A stretch of 64,000 nucleotides of DNA from an uncultured Acidobacteriota bacterium (lineage in GTDB: Bacteria > Acidobacteriota > Thermoanaerobaculia > Multivoradales > UBA5704), in NCBI GenBank assembly GCA_963770895.1, contig CAVYRF010000002.1, forward strand, positions 4,608,001-4,672,000, given 5' to 3'. This document shows, one piece after another, positions 36,628 through 46,675 of the stretch (its first letter is position 1; each line of letters begins with the position of its first letter). The position numbers were made by a program, and so were the translations under genes. Below the pieces are notes generated by a model. That model saw only the letters and a program-made list of their open reading frames with translations. It made no database searches and was not told the origin of the DNA.

Positions 36628-39039
36628 CTAGCGGTTGCTTTCTGGGCCGGTGGGGGCGGCGGGTAGCTCGGTTGCGGGATCGCAGGTGTCGGCCTTGGGC
36701 AGCCAGCGCAGGCGTTGGGCGGCGCGGCCCAGGTCGGTGGCGCTGCAGCAGGCGACCAGCGAGCGGTAGAAGGGCTGCGCCGCGGCGGGGTCGCGCAGCG
36801 CCAGCCACTGGCCGGCGGTGACCAGCATGCCGGCCCGCTGGGCGGCGCCGGCGGGCAGCAGGTCGGCGGCGGCGCGCGCCAGGTCGGCCGCGCGATAGCG
36901 GTAGTGGAAGCGCTTGAAGGGGGTCACCCGGTTGGTTTGGGCGCGGGCGATCTCCGCGGCGGTCGCCGGCAGGTGGGGGTTCTGTTGCCGCCGGTCCCGC
37001 TCCGCCACCAGGTCGTCCAGCGTCTCCTCGCCGGCAAAGATGTGCCAGTCGGGATCGATCTCGGTGCCCTGCAAATCAAGGCCTTGGTAGCGCGTACGGC
37101 ACGCCGCTTCGAACAGCGCGGCGGCGCGATCGCCGGCCGGCCGCGCCGCGTCGCCGCCCGCCGCGAGCGCCGCGGCCAGCCGGGCAAGCGCCGGATGCAG
37201 CGCCGGCGGCAGATATTGGGCGGCGAGCGCCAGCTGCATGCCATGCCCTTCGCGCACCAGCCGGCGGCCCAGCAGGTAGCGGATCTCGACCGCCAGGCGC
37301 GACGCCGGCGGCGGCTCCTGCGCGTCCTGCAGCGACCAGGTCGCGAGCCCTCCGGGCGCCTGAGCATCCGGCGCCACGCCCTCAGCCAGCCGGGCAGGCC
37401 AGGCCCGGTCCACGTACGCCCGCAGCTCCTGGAGGCTCAACACCCGCTCGGCCAGGTAGGCCGTGTCCAGCCAATACCCGGCGCGCAGGAAGTGGTCCAG
37501 CGCCGTTGCCATGTCGCCGCGCGACAGCGCCGCCGCGCCCGCTTCGCCCAGCGCCCGCGCCGAAGTCGCCAGGTAGGGGTCGCCGATCCAGGCCTCCACC
37601 TCGTGCGCCGGCACCTCTCCTTCGTTCTTGACGATGGCCTGGTCCGCCGGCAGCGTCCCGATCGCCGCCAGCAGCGTTTCGGCTTCCGCCAGCTTGCCCT
37701 GGCGCAGCAGCAGCCGCGCTCGCACCCACCGGCTGACCGGACTGTCCGCCGCCCGGCCGGCCCAGCTGGCCGCCAGCGCAAAATCCCCCGCCCGGTACGC
37801 CGCCCAGGCCAGCCGGTCCGCCCCCTTGGCGTCCGTCACCCCCGCCGCGCGCACCGCCGCCATCCAAACCACCGCCCTGGGAGGCGACGGCGCCCCATCC
37901 AGCGGCGCATACGAATCGATCTCCTGCGCCAGCACGAACGACGTCACCGCGGCCCGCGCCTGGCCATCGCGCGCCACCGCCGCCAGCGCCTCGCCCCCCG
38001 CCGCCAGTGCCGCCCGGCAGGCCAGCCGCAGCGACACCACGGCCGTCGGGTCACCCGTACGCTGCTGCGCCGCATACAGGTCCAGCGCCTGGGCAAAGCG
38101 CTTGCGGCGCAGCTCGGCGCGCGCCTCCCACCCCAGACTGGCCGCCGCCAGACCCAGCCGATCGCTGAACCCCTGCGCCGCCAGCTCGCGCGTCCGTTGG
38201 AAGAATCCCACCGCCGCGTCTGGGTCCGCCGCCGCCCCGCCCTGCCCGCCGCGCAGCGCCACCTTGCCCAACATGAATGCCGCCCAGGTGGACCGGTGCC
38301 GCCGCTGCGCCGCCGGCAGCGCCAGCACCCCCTGCCAGGCCCGCCGCGCCCGCGCGTCGTCGCCACCCCGATACGCCAGCGCCCCCTCCAGGTACCCCGC
38401 AAACTCCGCCGGCAGCCCCGCCGGCACCTGCGGCAGGGGCGGCAGCGGTGCCAGAGGCGGCGCCTCCGCGGTGCCCGAACCAGGCGCTGGGGTCGAAGAG
38501 GGTGCGCCTCCGTCCGCCGAACCCTCCACCGCCGCCGGTGCCGCGGCGGCTGCCAGGTCGCGGCGCAGCAGCTCGTCGCGCACCTGTCCGTAGGTCGCGG
38601 CAAGCGCCCGCTGCCGCTCCGGCGGCATGCCCGCCTCGCGCAGCGCCTCCGCCACCTCCTGCCGATCGATCGCCGCCGTCCGGCTGTGGGGATCGTCGGC
38701 AGCGCCGTTGGCTTGCAGGACCGCATGCGGCCCCACGCTGGCCGGCGGATACAGGAACCGCACCTCATCGTCGAACGCCGCCGTCGGCCCCTGCAGCACC
38801 AGCTTGTCGTCGCCCAGCAGCCAATTGGGAAAGAACGGCCCGCAAGCCCGCGCCGCCATCCCGCTCGCCAGGGCCACTGCTAACCCCAACGCAACCCTCC
38901 CACGTCCACGTCGCGATGCCCTCACACCGCACCTCCCGTTGCGATCCCTGTTCCGAACGCTGCCTTGCCGGGCGCCTTCGCCGGCATCAGCCCGCTGCTG
39001 CTCTCCCAGCCATAGCCATCTGACCAAGCGCGCTTTCAC
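36628..39039 (-). CDS. Secreted TPR-like helical protein (type usually found next to DUF3142)
   Basis: Signal ending ARA-CGPFFPNWLL; RSTWAAFMLG, D.LGLAAASLG.EAR, YW.D.AYLAERVL, RFHYRY. Start uncertain. Confidence 0.75.
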   Translation of the reverse strand: MKARLVRWLWLGEQQRADAGEGARQGSVRNRDRNGRCGVRASRRGRGRVALGLAVALASGMAARACGPFFPNWLLGDDKLVLQGPTAAFDDEVRFLYPPASVGPHAVLQANGAADDPHSRTAAIDRQEVAEALREAGMPPERQRALAATYGQVRDELLRRDLAAAAAPAAVEGSADGGAPSSTPAPGSGTAEAPPLAPLPPLPQVPAGLPAEFAGYLEGALAYRGGDDARARRAWQGVLALPAAQRRHRSTWAAFMLGKVALRGGQGGAAADPDAAVGFFQRTRELAAQGFSDRLGLAAASLGWEARAELRRKRFAQALDLYAAQQRTGDPTAVVSLRLACRAALAAGGEALAAVARDGQARAAVTSFVLAQEIDSYAPLDGAPSPPRAVVWMAAVRAAGVTDAKGADRLAWAAYRAGDFALAASWAGRAADSPVSRWVRARLLLRQGKLAEAETLLAAIGTLPADQAIVKNEGEVPAHEVEAWIGDPYLATSARALGEAGAAALSRGDMATALDHFLRAGYWLDTAYLAERVLSLQELRAYVDRAWPARLAEGVAPDAQAPGGLATWSLQDAQEPPPASRLAVEIRYLLGRRLVREGHGMQLALAAQYLPPALHPALARLAAALAAGGDAARPAGDRAAALFEAACRTRYQGLDLQGTEIDPDWHIFAGEETLDDLVAERDRRQQNPHLPATAAEIARAQTNRVTPFKRFHYRYRAADLARAAADLLPAGAAQRAGMLVTAGQWLALRDPAAAQPFYRSLVACCSATDLGRAAQRLRWLPKADTCDPATELPAAPTGPESNR

Positions 39040-39138
39040 TCTACGCGGTGGAATGGGTGAGGAGCAACGAAGTCAGTCGTCAAGGGAGCGTTGTGCGCGG
39101 GTGGCGGCAGAGTCGCTGGTTTCGTACCCTTTCTTGAG

Positions 39139-42100
39139 CTACACGATCGCCGCCAGCCGCTTTAGGGCACGTGCCTCACCGGAACGTCTACGAGGCCCTT
39201 CGTCATCGAGGATTTCTTGACAGTGCTGGGCAAGCACTGTGTCGTCGATGGCCTGTTTGTACCAGGCGACAATCACCACGGCTGACCTCTCGTGGCGGGC
39301 ATGAGGCTTCGCTAGGTCAGTGATCAAATCATCGAGTAGTTCCGGTGGCACGGTGGCGCACTGCCCATCATCTCGGCGAGGCGCAAGGCGTTGCGCAGAT
39401 AGAGCCCAGGCTGCAATGCGGCAGATTTCGCCGTGGTTGGCGCCCTGCCAAAGCGCAAAGAGGCGGCCAAGGATGTCCGGGTCAGGAGGCGGCACCCAGA
39501 CCTGATATTCGCCAAGCCAGGCGAGTGCCCAGCAGGCCGCGTACTGTTCTCTTGGCTCGGCAGAAAATACCATCGGGATCAGTAGGTCGGCGCTCTCTCG
39601 CAGAGCCTTGGCATTTCCTTTGGCGGTAACCCGGGAGGATTCCGGAAAGACTCTTGGCTCGGTATAGAGAGTGCCGCCATAGGAGGTTTCATAACACCAT
39701 GTCATCAGGACGAGAGCGCCTTCGCATCGATCGATCATGTCTCGACTCTGTAAGTGCTCTGTGCACCATCGCAGTACAGCTTGGTGGCTGCCTGCCGTCT
39801 GCCAAATGGCAACTTCAGTCAAAACATTGATAGTTGCTGTGAGGTCTGAGCCGATTGATAGGAACTCTCGCCTTGTCTCGTTTCGGAAATCATTTCCATA
39901 TCGGCCAATCGACAAATTTCGTGAAAAGTCTGCCCTTTTAAAATCGCGCCCCAGTCGTATTATCTGTCTGAGGGCGCCCCGGATTGTCTCTGGGCGGGCG
40001 GCTGCCTCATCAGCGAGACAGTGCCCAAGGTTTTGGAAAAGCGGCCGATGCTCTGATTTGTGAGGATCGACCAACGATGCTTCGGCGGTCAAGCTCTGAA
40101 TCAAGTCCTCAGTTTCCTTGCCGGCGAGAACGGCGGCGAGCGCAATGACTTCCCGCCATTCACTTTGAGCGAAATGAGGCCGCAGGACGTCCACGAGCCG
40201 GTCTTGGTCCTGACGCCCGGGGTGCCAGCCTTCCACCATCCCGCGTGCGGTCAGGAACTCCTGGAAGGTGAGATGGCGAAACTCGAAGAATTCCACGAGC
40301 CTTCCATCTTCGACGTCGAGCCCGCTCATCATCAGGAGGCTGCTGCGATCTTCGACGCGGTGGATGAACTGGTCCACCGTGTCCCGCACGTAGCCCAGCT
40401 CCGTCGGGAGAGCCTCGCGAGCCTCTTTGAGCAGGGCTGCCAGGCGCGGGCGACTGATTTTTTGGACGCCGCCCAGCATCATTGCTGAAGCGATGTAGCA
40501 GAGCTGCGGCAGTGCTTCTTCCTCGGGGATGGGTTCGTGGCCTTCGGTGTTCCAGGTCATCAGCAGGACCTCGACCGCCTTGCCGTAGAGCACCGCGCGC
40601 CGGGTGGGCAGGGAGCCGACCCAGCGCTTGACCAGCAGCAGGGTGGTAAGGAGCAGCGGGTTGATCGCGAGGCTTTCGATCCGCTCGTTGTTGACGATGA
40701 CCGCTGCCAACTCCTCCGCGTCGGCGCGAACCTTCTCGGTGTCTCCGGCCACCTCACGGTACCAGGCAGTGGTGAGGCGGTGGATGTCTTCGGCGTCGAA
40801 GGGCGAAAGCGTTGCGCGCGTGCAGACCGACGCTAGATGGGCCGCCACGTGGCGAAACCCGGCTTCGCGGGAGGTGACGACGAGGGATATTCCAGGGTAG
40901 GCCTGGAGCGTGGTGCGCAGGGTGCAGACGAAGGCGGCACGGTCTCCTGGGTCGGAAATCTCGTCGAGACCATCCACCAGCAGCAGCACGTGGCCGGCCA
41001 GCAAAGCCCGATCGACATGGGCGCGAAACAAAGCTGCGTACTGCCGAACCGGTTCGCGTTGCGACAGGGCTAGCAGAAGAGCGGCGAACGAACCGCGAGC
41101 CAGGTCGCGGAGCTCGCGGCAGCGAAAAAAGAGCGGCAGCCAATTCCGTTCCGGCAGATTGTCGGCAGCCAATTGGCGCCGCTCTGGATCGGCGTAGGCC
41201 ATGGCAAGGCGCTTGATCAGAGTCGATTTGCCACCGCCGGGCGCTGCCAGCAGCGCAATATGCTGAAGGTGGGTCAGGGCTATGCCAACGGGCATAGGCT
41301 CCGGTCCCGGCCCGCTGGCCTGGTCGGTGTTGGAGAGCTCCAGGCGCAAGGGAACAAACAGGTTTTCCAGCCGCAGGCGCCGCGATCCCACCTCGCCATC
41401 GGCAGGTAGTCCATCCAGTTGGATAAAACCGCATTCGTTTTCCAGGTAGCGACGATAGCTGGCGAGCGCGTCAGGAAGGCCTGGATCTTTGTCGATTCCA
41501 GGCGCAATGCCCGCATTCAGGCAGGTCAAGGTATGAAGGCTTCCTCCGCACCGGTGATCGGCTGCGATAACCCCGTCTGCCACCGGCCTGGCCAGTGGTG
41601 TGCCGTCGGCATGGATCAGCACCAGATGGGTGCGCGATTTGCCCTGGAGGTAGTACACCGCCCAGATCCAGCCGCGTTCGTGGGCGAGCAGGTGCCCGGT
41701 GGGGTCGAGCTGTAATTGCGGGACCGCCGCGCGGGCCTGGCCCGCTACGTCCGTTGCCCGGTCCCGCGAGATCAAAATGCGGCCTTCGATCAACTCGCGG
41801 ACGACATCGCTGCCCGATAGCAGAATCACTTTCTGGCCACGGCGATGCTTTTCCTGCTCCCTCGCAGGTTCGGTGAACCCGGCGAGCGAGATGAAGTAGC
41901 CGGTCAAGCGCTGTTTCTTGCTGCGTTCGGCGCTCAGAGCGCCGACGAACTTGTTCAGGTCGTCGCCGCCAATGGGACTGGCGGTTGCCTTGCACTCGGC
42001 GATCGCGCGCCGGGGTTCGAGCCGGTGGTCGGCCGACAGGTCCAGCTCGCGGCCGGGCTTGTGGATGTTGAGCTGTGCCTGCTCATAGCCCAGGGCGATG

Positions 42101-42204
42101 AAGAGATCGACCATGAGCCGCCCGAACAGGTCGCCGCGCCGGTTGTTTTCTTCCTCAAGGATGAGGATGGGCGGATCGGCCTTTTCGGCTTTCTTGGAGC
42201 GCAT
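39139..42204 (-). CDS. Restriction endonuclease-like (Mrr/PD-(D/E)xK) domain + NACHT NTPase; bacterial NLR-like candidate defence protein
   Basis: RBS GGAGGT before ATG 42204; ELDL...IAECK; Walker A AAPGGGKST; Walker B LLLVDGLDE; VTSR, NPLLLT, F.HLTFQEFL, WREVI; helical C-terminus. Confidence 0.9.
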   Translation of the reverse strand: MRSKKAEKADPPILILEEENNRRGDLFGRLMVDLFIALGYEQAQLNIHKPGRELDLSADHRLEPRRAIAECKATASPIGGDDLNKFVGALSAERSKKQRLTGYFISLAGFTEPAREQEKHRRGQKVILLSGSDVVRELIEGRILISRDRATDVAGQARAAVPQLQLDPTGHLLAHERGWIWAVYYLQGKSRTHLVLIHADGTPLARPVADGVIAADHRCGGSLHTLTCLNAGIAPGIDKDPGLPDALASYRRYLENECGFIQLDGLPADGEVGSRRLRLENLFVPLRLELSNTDQASGPGPEPMPVGIALTHLQHIALLAAPGGGKSTLIKRLAMAYADPERRQLAADNLPERNWLPLFFRCRELRDLARGSFAALLLALSQREPVRQYAALFRAHVDRALLAGHVLLLVDGLDEISDPGDRAAFVCTLRTTLQAYPGISLVVTSREAGFRHVAAHLASVCTRATLSPFDAEDIHRLTTAWYREVAGDTEKVRADAEELAAVIVNNERIESLAINPLLLTTLLLVKRWVGSLPTRRAVLYGKAVEVLLMTWNTEGHEPIPEEEALPQLCYIASAMMLGGVQKISRPRLAALLKEAREALPTELGYVRDTVDQFIHRVEDRSSLLMMSGLDVEDGRLVEFFEFRHLTFQEFLTARGMVEGWHPGRQDQDRLVDVLRPHFAQSEWREVIALAAVLAGKETEDLIQSLTAEASLVDPHKSEHRPLFQNLGHCLADEAAARPETIRGALRQIIRLGRDFKRADFSRNLSIGRYGNDFRNETRREFLSIGSDLTATINVLTEVAIWQTAGSHQAVLRWCTEHLQSRDMIDRCEGALVLMTWCYETSYGGTLYTEPRVFPESSRVTAKGNAKALRESADLLIPMVFSAEPREQYAACWALAWLGEYQVWVPPPDPDILGRLFALWQGANHGEICRIAAWALSAQRLAPRRDDGQCATVPPELLDDLITDLAKPHARHERSAVVIVAWYKQAIDDTVLAQHCQEILDDEGPRRRSGEARALKRLAAIV

Positions 42205-42309
42205 GAAGATACCTCCCAAGACCTATTGGCTGCGCAGCTCTTCCTTCGGGCGTAAGTGCGAATTGTAGCAGGGCTCTAATTCTTGATGGCAAAGCGGTCC
42301 GCGTGCCGA

Positions 42310-42894
42310 TTTGGCAAAACAGCGCCGCTCGGCCCCCCGGCCCGATCGCGGACGCGCCGCAGGCGCGCCGCGGTCGGGGCAACCCGCAAGGGAGCGGCCA
42401 GGAACACCCGCCCCTGATGAAGAGGTCGGCGGAGCCCGCAACATGCCAGAGCCCTACCTCCGGCTCCCGAAACGGTCGCCGAGATTGCCAGCGTCGGTCT
42501 CACCGGCCAGCGAGCACGGCGGAAGCTGACAACAGGACGCCTGCGATCCTTTTCGAGGCTGCACTACCGCCGCACCATGCCGCTATGGACTGGCAAGAAC
42601 TCCCCGCCCGCCCCCCAGGCCCGGATGCGGTCGCGCCGTCAGGCGCGCCGCGGCCGGGGCAACAGAACGCCCAGCGCGATCACCGGGAGGGACGGGATTG
42701 GTGCGCCCGCATCAGCTTGCTCCCAGGACATGTCCGCTACCGCGGTAACAAGGCTTCGGTGTGTGCCGGCTCGGGCCGGTCGCTTCCTGCGGGCGGTTGT
42801 TCCTGGCCGTGGCCCCGCGGGTTGCCCCGGCCGCGGCGCGCCTGCGGCGCGACCGCGATCGGGCCGGGGGGCCGAGGGGAGCTGTTTTGCCAAA
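42310..42894. repeat. Pair of ~104-bp imperfect inverted repeats plus a third partial copy (REP/REPIN- or MITE-like)
   Basis: 42310-42413 (tttggcaaaacagc...ggccaggaacacccgccc) is the reverse complement of 42791-42894 with scattered mismatches. A degenerate direct copy lies at ~42591-42663. Confidence 0.8.
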
Positions 42895-42968
42895 CCGGAG
42901 CGTAGAAGTCCGGCGCCTCGGCAAAGCCAACTCTTCGGCGTCGAAAGCGGCCCAATGCGGTGAGGGTT

Positions 42969-44486
42969 TTACCTTGGGGTGGGGTGGGTGCTGGCCTCGA
43001 CTCGGACTACCGTGGGGCGGTCGAAGCGGAGCCAGCCGATCGGGCGGTGCGTGGCCGGGGGGAGTGTGGGCGGGTCCTGGGGGTTGGGGCTGCGGGGGAG
43101 CTGGGGCTGGGTGGGTGGCGGCGGTGGGGTGGGAGACCAGATGATGGTGGCTGCGCCGGGGCGGGGGGAGTGGACCTGGTAGCCGGCCAGACCGTCGGCG
43201 GCCAGGAGGGTGGCGCCGGACCAGCGGAGGTGGATGGGGGTGGGCCAGGGCTCGTCGGCTTCGCCGCGGTTGGCGATTTCGATTTGCGCCAGGTTTGGCG
43301 GGTCGCTGGGGGCGGCGGGGGCCTGGGTGATGCGGAGGTCGTGGCGCGGGGGGCGGCCGGCCATGACGGCGCGGAGGGTGGGCCAGGTCCAGTTGAGGCG
43401 GTCCTGGGGCGCGGGGAGGCGGTACCAGAGGATGCCGGTGAGCTGGCGGGGGCGGTCGCGGGTCCAGGCGCGGACCAGGGCGGCCATGGCGGCGGGATCG
43501 CTGCGGGCGGTGCGCAGGAGGGTGCCGGGGGGCCAGCGGACGGGGGGGCCTTCGGCCCATAGGCCGAGAAAGGGTCTGCCGGCGGCGGCGAAGGCGGCGG
43601 TGTAGCCGTAGGTGGGGAGCGCCACCCGGAAGGGGCGGTGGAAACCGGCGGCGGTGTCGACGGCGGCGCGGGCGGCGACGGGATCGCTGAGGACCAGGGG
43701 CGAGGAGGCGCTGGCCGGCCGGACCAGCGAGTGGACCTGGAGGACGTAGCCGTCGGCGGCCGCGGCCAGGTGGGCGAAGGCGGCTCGGCGGGCCAGCCAG
43801 TTGGGGAGCGCGGTGATCACGACTGGCACCGGCGCGACGGCCTGGCGGAGGCGGGCGACGAGCTGGGCGTAGTCGTCGAGGCGGGCCGACGCGCAGTCGA
43901 AATCGATCTGCAGCTCGCTGACGCGCCACCCCGCGGCGGTCGCCCGCGTCACCGCGTGGCGGGCCAGGGCGATCACCTGGTCGGCTGCCTGCGGCGCTTC
44001 TGCGAAGGGCTTGGGAAATGGGCCAATGCGCAGCGCGAGGCCCAGCGGGGGAGCAATGGCTTGGCGGCCGTGGCCGGGCAGCGGCACCACGGCGCCGGCG
44101 GCCGCCGTGCCGGGCTTGCTGGGTTGCTGCGGGGTGTCCGGGCGGGGTGCGGTAACGGGCGTCACGCGCTGGTCCGGGGCGAGGGCCGGAGTGACGGCGA
44201 GCTCGGCGATGCGGGGGGGCTGGTGGGCCAGGTCGGCTTCCGCTGCCAGGACGACGACGCCGGTCAAACCGGCCTGGCGGGCTTCGGCGATGACCTGGCT
44301 GGGCCAGTTTCGCTGCCAGACGTAGCCTTCTTGCGGCAGCGGTCCGGTGGCTCGGGTGCCGCGGCCGGCCCACCAGCCGGCGGCGGCGAGGGCCAGGGCT
44401 ACGGCGAGCCCGGCGAGGGCGGCGGCGGTGTGGGTGCGGGGCGCGTCGGCCCGCGGGTGCCGCTTCGGGGCGAGGTTCTGGCTCAC
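42969..44486 (-). CDS. DUF3142-like (glycoside hydrolase-like TIM barrel) secreted protein
   Basis: GTG 44486 just after the decarboxylase stop; TM/signal segment; YVWQR.W, ELQIDFDC....L..Y, ITALPNWL, YVLQVH, FRVALPTYG, WYRLP...DRLNW. Confidence 0.75.
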   Translation of the reverse strand: MSQNLAPKRHPRADAPRTHTAAALAGLAVALALAAAGWWAGRGTRATGPLPQEGYVWQRNWPSQVIAEARQAGLTGVVVLAAEADLAHQPPRIAELAVTPALAPDQRVTPVTAPRPDTPQQPSKPGTAAAGAVVPLPGHGRQAIAPPLGLALRIGPFPKPFAEAPQAADQVIALARHAVTRATAAGWRVSELQIDFDCASARLDDYAQLVARLRQAVAPVPVVITALPNWLARRAAFAHLAAAADGYVLQVHSLVRPASASSPLVLSDPVAARAAVDTAAGFHRPFRVALPTYGYTAAFAAAGRPFLGLWAEGPPVRWPPGTLLRTARSDPAAMAALVRAWTRDRPRQLTGILWYRLPAPQDRLNWTWPTLRAVMAGRPPRHDLRITQAPAAPSDPPNLAQIEIANRGEADEPWPTPIHLRWSGATLLAADGLAGYQVHSPRPGAATIIWSPTPPPPPTQPQLPRSPNPQDPPTLPPATHRPIGWLRFDRPTVVRVEASTHPTPR

Positions 44487-44497
44487 GCGGGGCAAGA

Positions 44498-45985
44498 CTA
44501 CCTGTTGGTGAACTGCGGCAGCACTTCGCCCGCGGCGGCGTGCAGATCTTCGATGGCCTGCTGGAGGCGGTCGCGGTGGGTGCGGAACGACAGGACGCAG
44601 ATGCGCAGGGCGAAGCGGTCTGCGAGCAGGGTGCCGGTGAGGTGCACGCGCTGGCGGGCGTTGACGTTGGCGAGCCAGGCGCGGTTGAGGCCGTCGAGGG
44701 CGGGTCCCTGGATGCCGGGCGGCGCCAGGCGGAAGGCGAAGAGCGACAGCTGGGGCTCGGCGAGGATCTGGACGTGCGGCATGGCGCGCACCTGGCCGGC
44801 GGCCCATTGCGCCAGGTCGAGCTTCTCGTCGAGGGCCTGGCGGAAGGGGGCGGCGCCCAGGAGCTTGAGCGATAGCCAGACGGGGAGGCCGCGGAAGGGC
44901 CGCGACAGCTCGGGGGAGATCTCGCAGAAATCGATCAGGTCGGCGTCGTCCGACATCGGCGGCAGGTAGTCGGCGGCGACGGCGTGGGCGCGGCGCAGCG
45001 CCTGGCCGTCGCGGACCAGGAGCGCTCCGGTGCCGTAGGGCAGGAACAGGCTCTTGTGCGGATCGAGGACGATCGAGTCGGCGCGCTCGATGCCGGCGAG
45101 GGCGCGCCGCCCGCGCTCGGTGAGCAGGAAGAATCCGCCGTAGGCGGCGTCGACGTGCATCCAGAGGCGCTCGCGGGCGCAGTAGTCCGCCAGGCTGCCC
45201 AGCGGGTCGACGGCGCCGGTGTTGGTGGTGCCGGCGTTGGCGACGACCAGGAAGGGGAGGTGCCCGGCGCGGCGATCGGCGGCGACGCGATCGGCGAGCA
45301 GGTCGAGCCGCAGGCGAAACTCCGGGTCGCTGGGGATGGAGCGCACGCTGGCTGGCGGGAAGCCGGCCAGCAGGGCTGCCTTCTGCACCGAATGGTGGAC
45401 CTGGTCGGAGGCGTACAGGGTGCCGGCCAGGAAGTGCTCCGGCAGGCGCTCGCGGCGCGCCGTCACCAGGGCGGTGAAGTTGGCGAGCGAGCCGCCGCTG
45501 GTGAGCAGGCCGCGCGCCTCGGGCGGGTAGCCGGCGATGGCGGCGAACCAGCGGATGACGTTGGCTTCCAGCTGCGCCAGCGCGGGCGCCGCGGCCAGGA
45601 CGCCGACGTAGCGGTTGACGGTGGCGGCGATCAGCTCGCCCACCGCCGCGTGCGGCAGGCCGCCGCCGGGGATGTAGGCCAGGTAGCCGGGGCCCGCGGT
45701 GTTGAAGCTCTTTGGGATGGCCCGCTCGAACAGCAGGTCCAGCACCGCCGCGAGCGGCGCGGGTCGCTCGGGCAGCGGCTCGATCAGCGCGCGCGCCAGG
45801 TCCAGGGCGCCCGCCGTGTCGGCCGCCGGCTGCGCGGGCAGCGAATCGAGGTGCGGCGCGATCCTGTCCAGGGCCGCTTCGACCAGCTGCCGCAGCTGCC
45901 CGCCGGACAGCTCCAGTCTCGATCCCAGGTCCGATCCCAAGCCCGAGCCAAATCCCGCACCCATCTCTCCGTGTCCGATCTCCAC
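44498..45985 (-). CDS. Group II PLP-dependent amino-acid decarboxylase (aromatic-L-amino-acid decarboxylase-like)
   Basis: SGGSLANF, HHSVQKA, AGTTNTGAVD, WMHVDAAYGG, DPHK (PLP Lys). GTG 45985 has an AGGGGG RBS, and the longer track start overlaps the next gene. Confidence 0.9.
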   Translation of the reverse strand: MEIGHGEMGAGFGSGLGSDLGSRLELSGGQLRQLVEAALDRIAPHLDSLPAQPAADTAGALDLARALIEPLPERPAPLAAVLDLLFERAIPKSFNTAGPGYLAYIPGGGLPHAAVGELIAATVNRYVGVLAAAPALAQLEANVIRWFAAIAGYPPEARGLLTSGGSLANFTALVTARRERLPEHFLAGTLYASDQVHHSVQKAALLAGFPPASVRSIPSDPEFRLRLDLLADRVAADRRAGHLPFLVVANAGTTNTGAVDPLGSLADYCARERLWMHVDAAYGGFFLLTERGRRALAGIERADSIVLDPHKSLFLPYGTGALLVRDGQALRRAHAVAADYLPPMSDDADLIDFCEISPELSRPFRGLPVWLSLKLLGAAPFRQALDEKLDLAQWAAGQVRAMPHVQILAEPQLSLFAFRLAPPGIQGPALDGLNRAWLANVNARQRVHLTGTLLADRFALRICVLSFRTHRDRLQQAIEDLHAAAGEVLPQFTNR

Positions 45986-46153
45986 GATCGCGCTCCCCCT
46001 CTTTTCCGGCGCCAAGCCTACACTCGGGGCCGGCTGCCGGGCCATCCTGGGGGAGCGCGGGGGGCGCCCTGGCACGTGTCTTGCCCTTAGAATGGGGGAT
46101 GGCGCGCCGCCGGTGGATCGGCGGGTGCGCCAAGCGGAAAGGGGTTTGTCATC

Positions 46154-46675
46154 ATGCAGAGCTCGACAGGCGGGTTCGACGACGGCGGCGCGCAGGTGCC
46201 GCCGGCCTACCATGGCGACCGTGACGATCATGGCGACCGCGGCGCCCCCGGCGAGCACCGGTGGCAGGGCGCGTCGCGGGCCGGCGGCAGTGTCCGCGGC
46301 GAGGGAGCGCGGCTGGCGCGCGAGACGCGGGCGGAGCTGCGCGGCCTGGTGCAGCGGCGCAAGGAGCGGCTGGCGGCGCGGCTGGACGGCGTGGCGGCGG
46401 CGCTGCGCGACACGGGGGAGCGCCTGGACGAAGAGATCGTCGACGGCCTGGGCGAGGTGGCGGAGCGCGGTGCACGCCGCGTCGCGCAGGCGGCGCGCTA
46501 CGTGAACGATCGCGAGATCGAGGACATGGCGCGCGACGCCGGCGACCTGGCGCGGCGGCGGCCGGCGCTGTTCGTGGCCGGCACCCTGCTGACGGGTTTC
46601 CTGCTGGCGCGCTTCTTCAAGAGCACCCGCGACCGCGACACATTGTTCGACCAGGAGGTGTCGTATGAGGCCTGA
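46154..46675 (+). CDS. Small helical membrane-anchored protein (ElaB/YqjD-like)
   Basis: Helical N-terminus; RRPALFVAGTLLTGFLLARFFKS C-terminal anchor. Confidence 0.65.
   Translation: MQSSTGGFDDGGAQVPPAYHGDRDDHGDRGAPGEHRWQGASRAGGSVRGEGARLARETRAELRGLVQRRKERLAARLDGVAAALRDTGERLDEEIVDGLGEVAERGARRVAQAARYVNDREIEDMARDAGDLARRRPALFVAGTLLTGFLLARFFKSTRDRDTLFDQEVSYEA

Noticed and set aside
42310-42894. Repeats as integron attC sites
   Set aside because: No clear RYYYAAC/GTTRRRY boundaries, no integron integrase and no cassette array.
198-45985. Rieske oxygenase, haloperoxidase and decarboxylase as one biosynthetic cluster
   Set aside because: They are tens of kb apart, in different transcription units and on different sides of the att sites.
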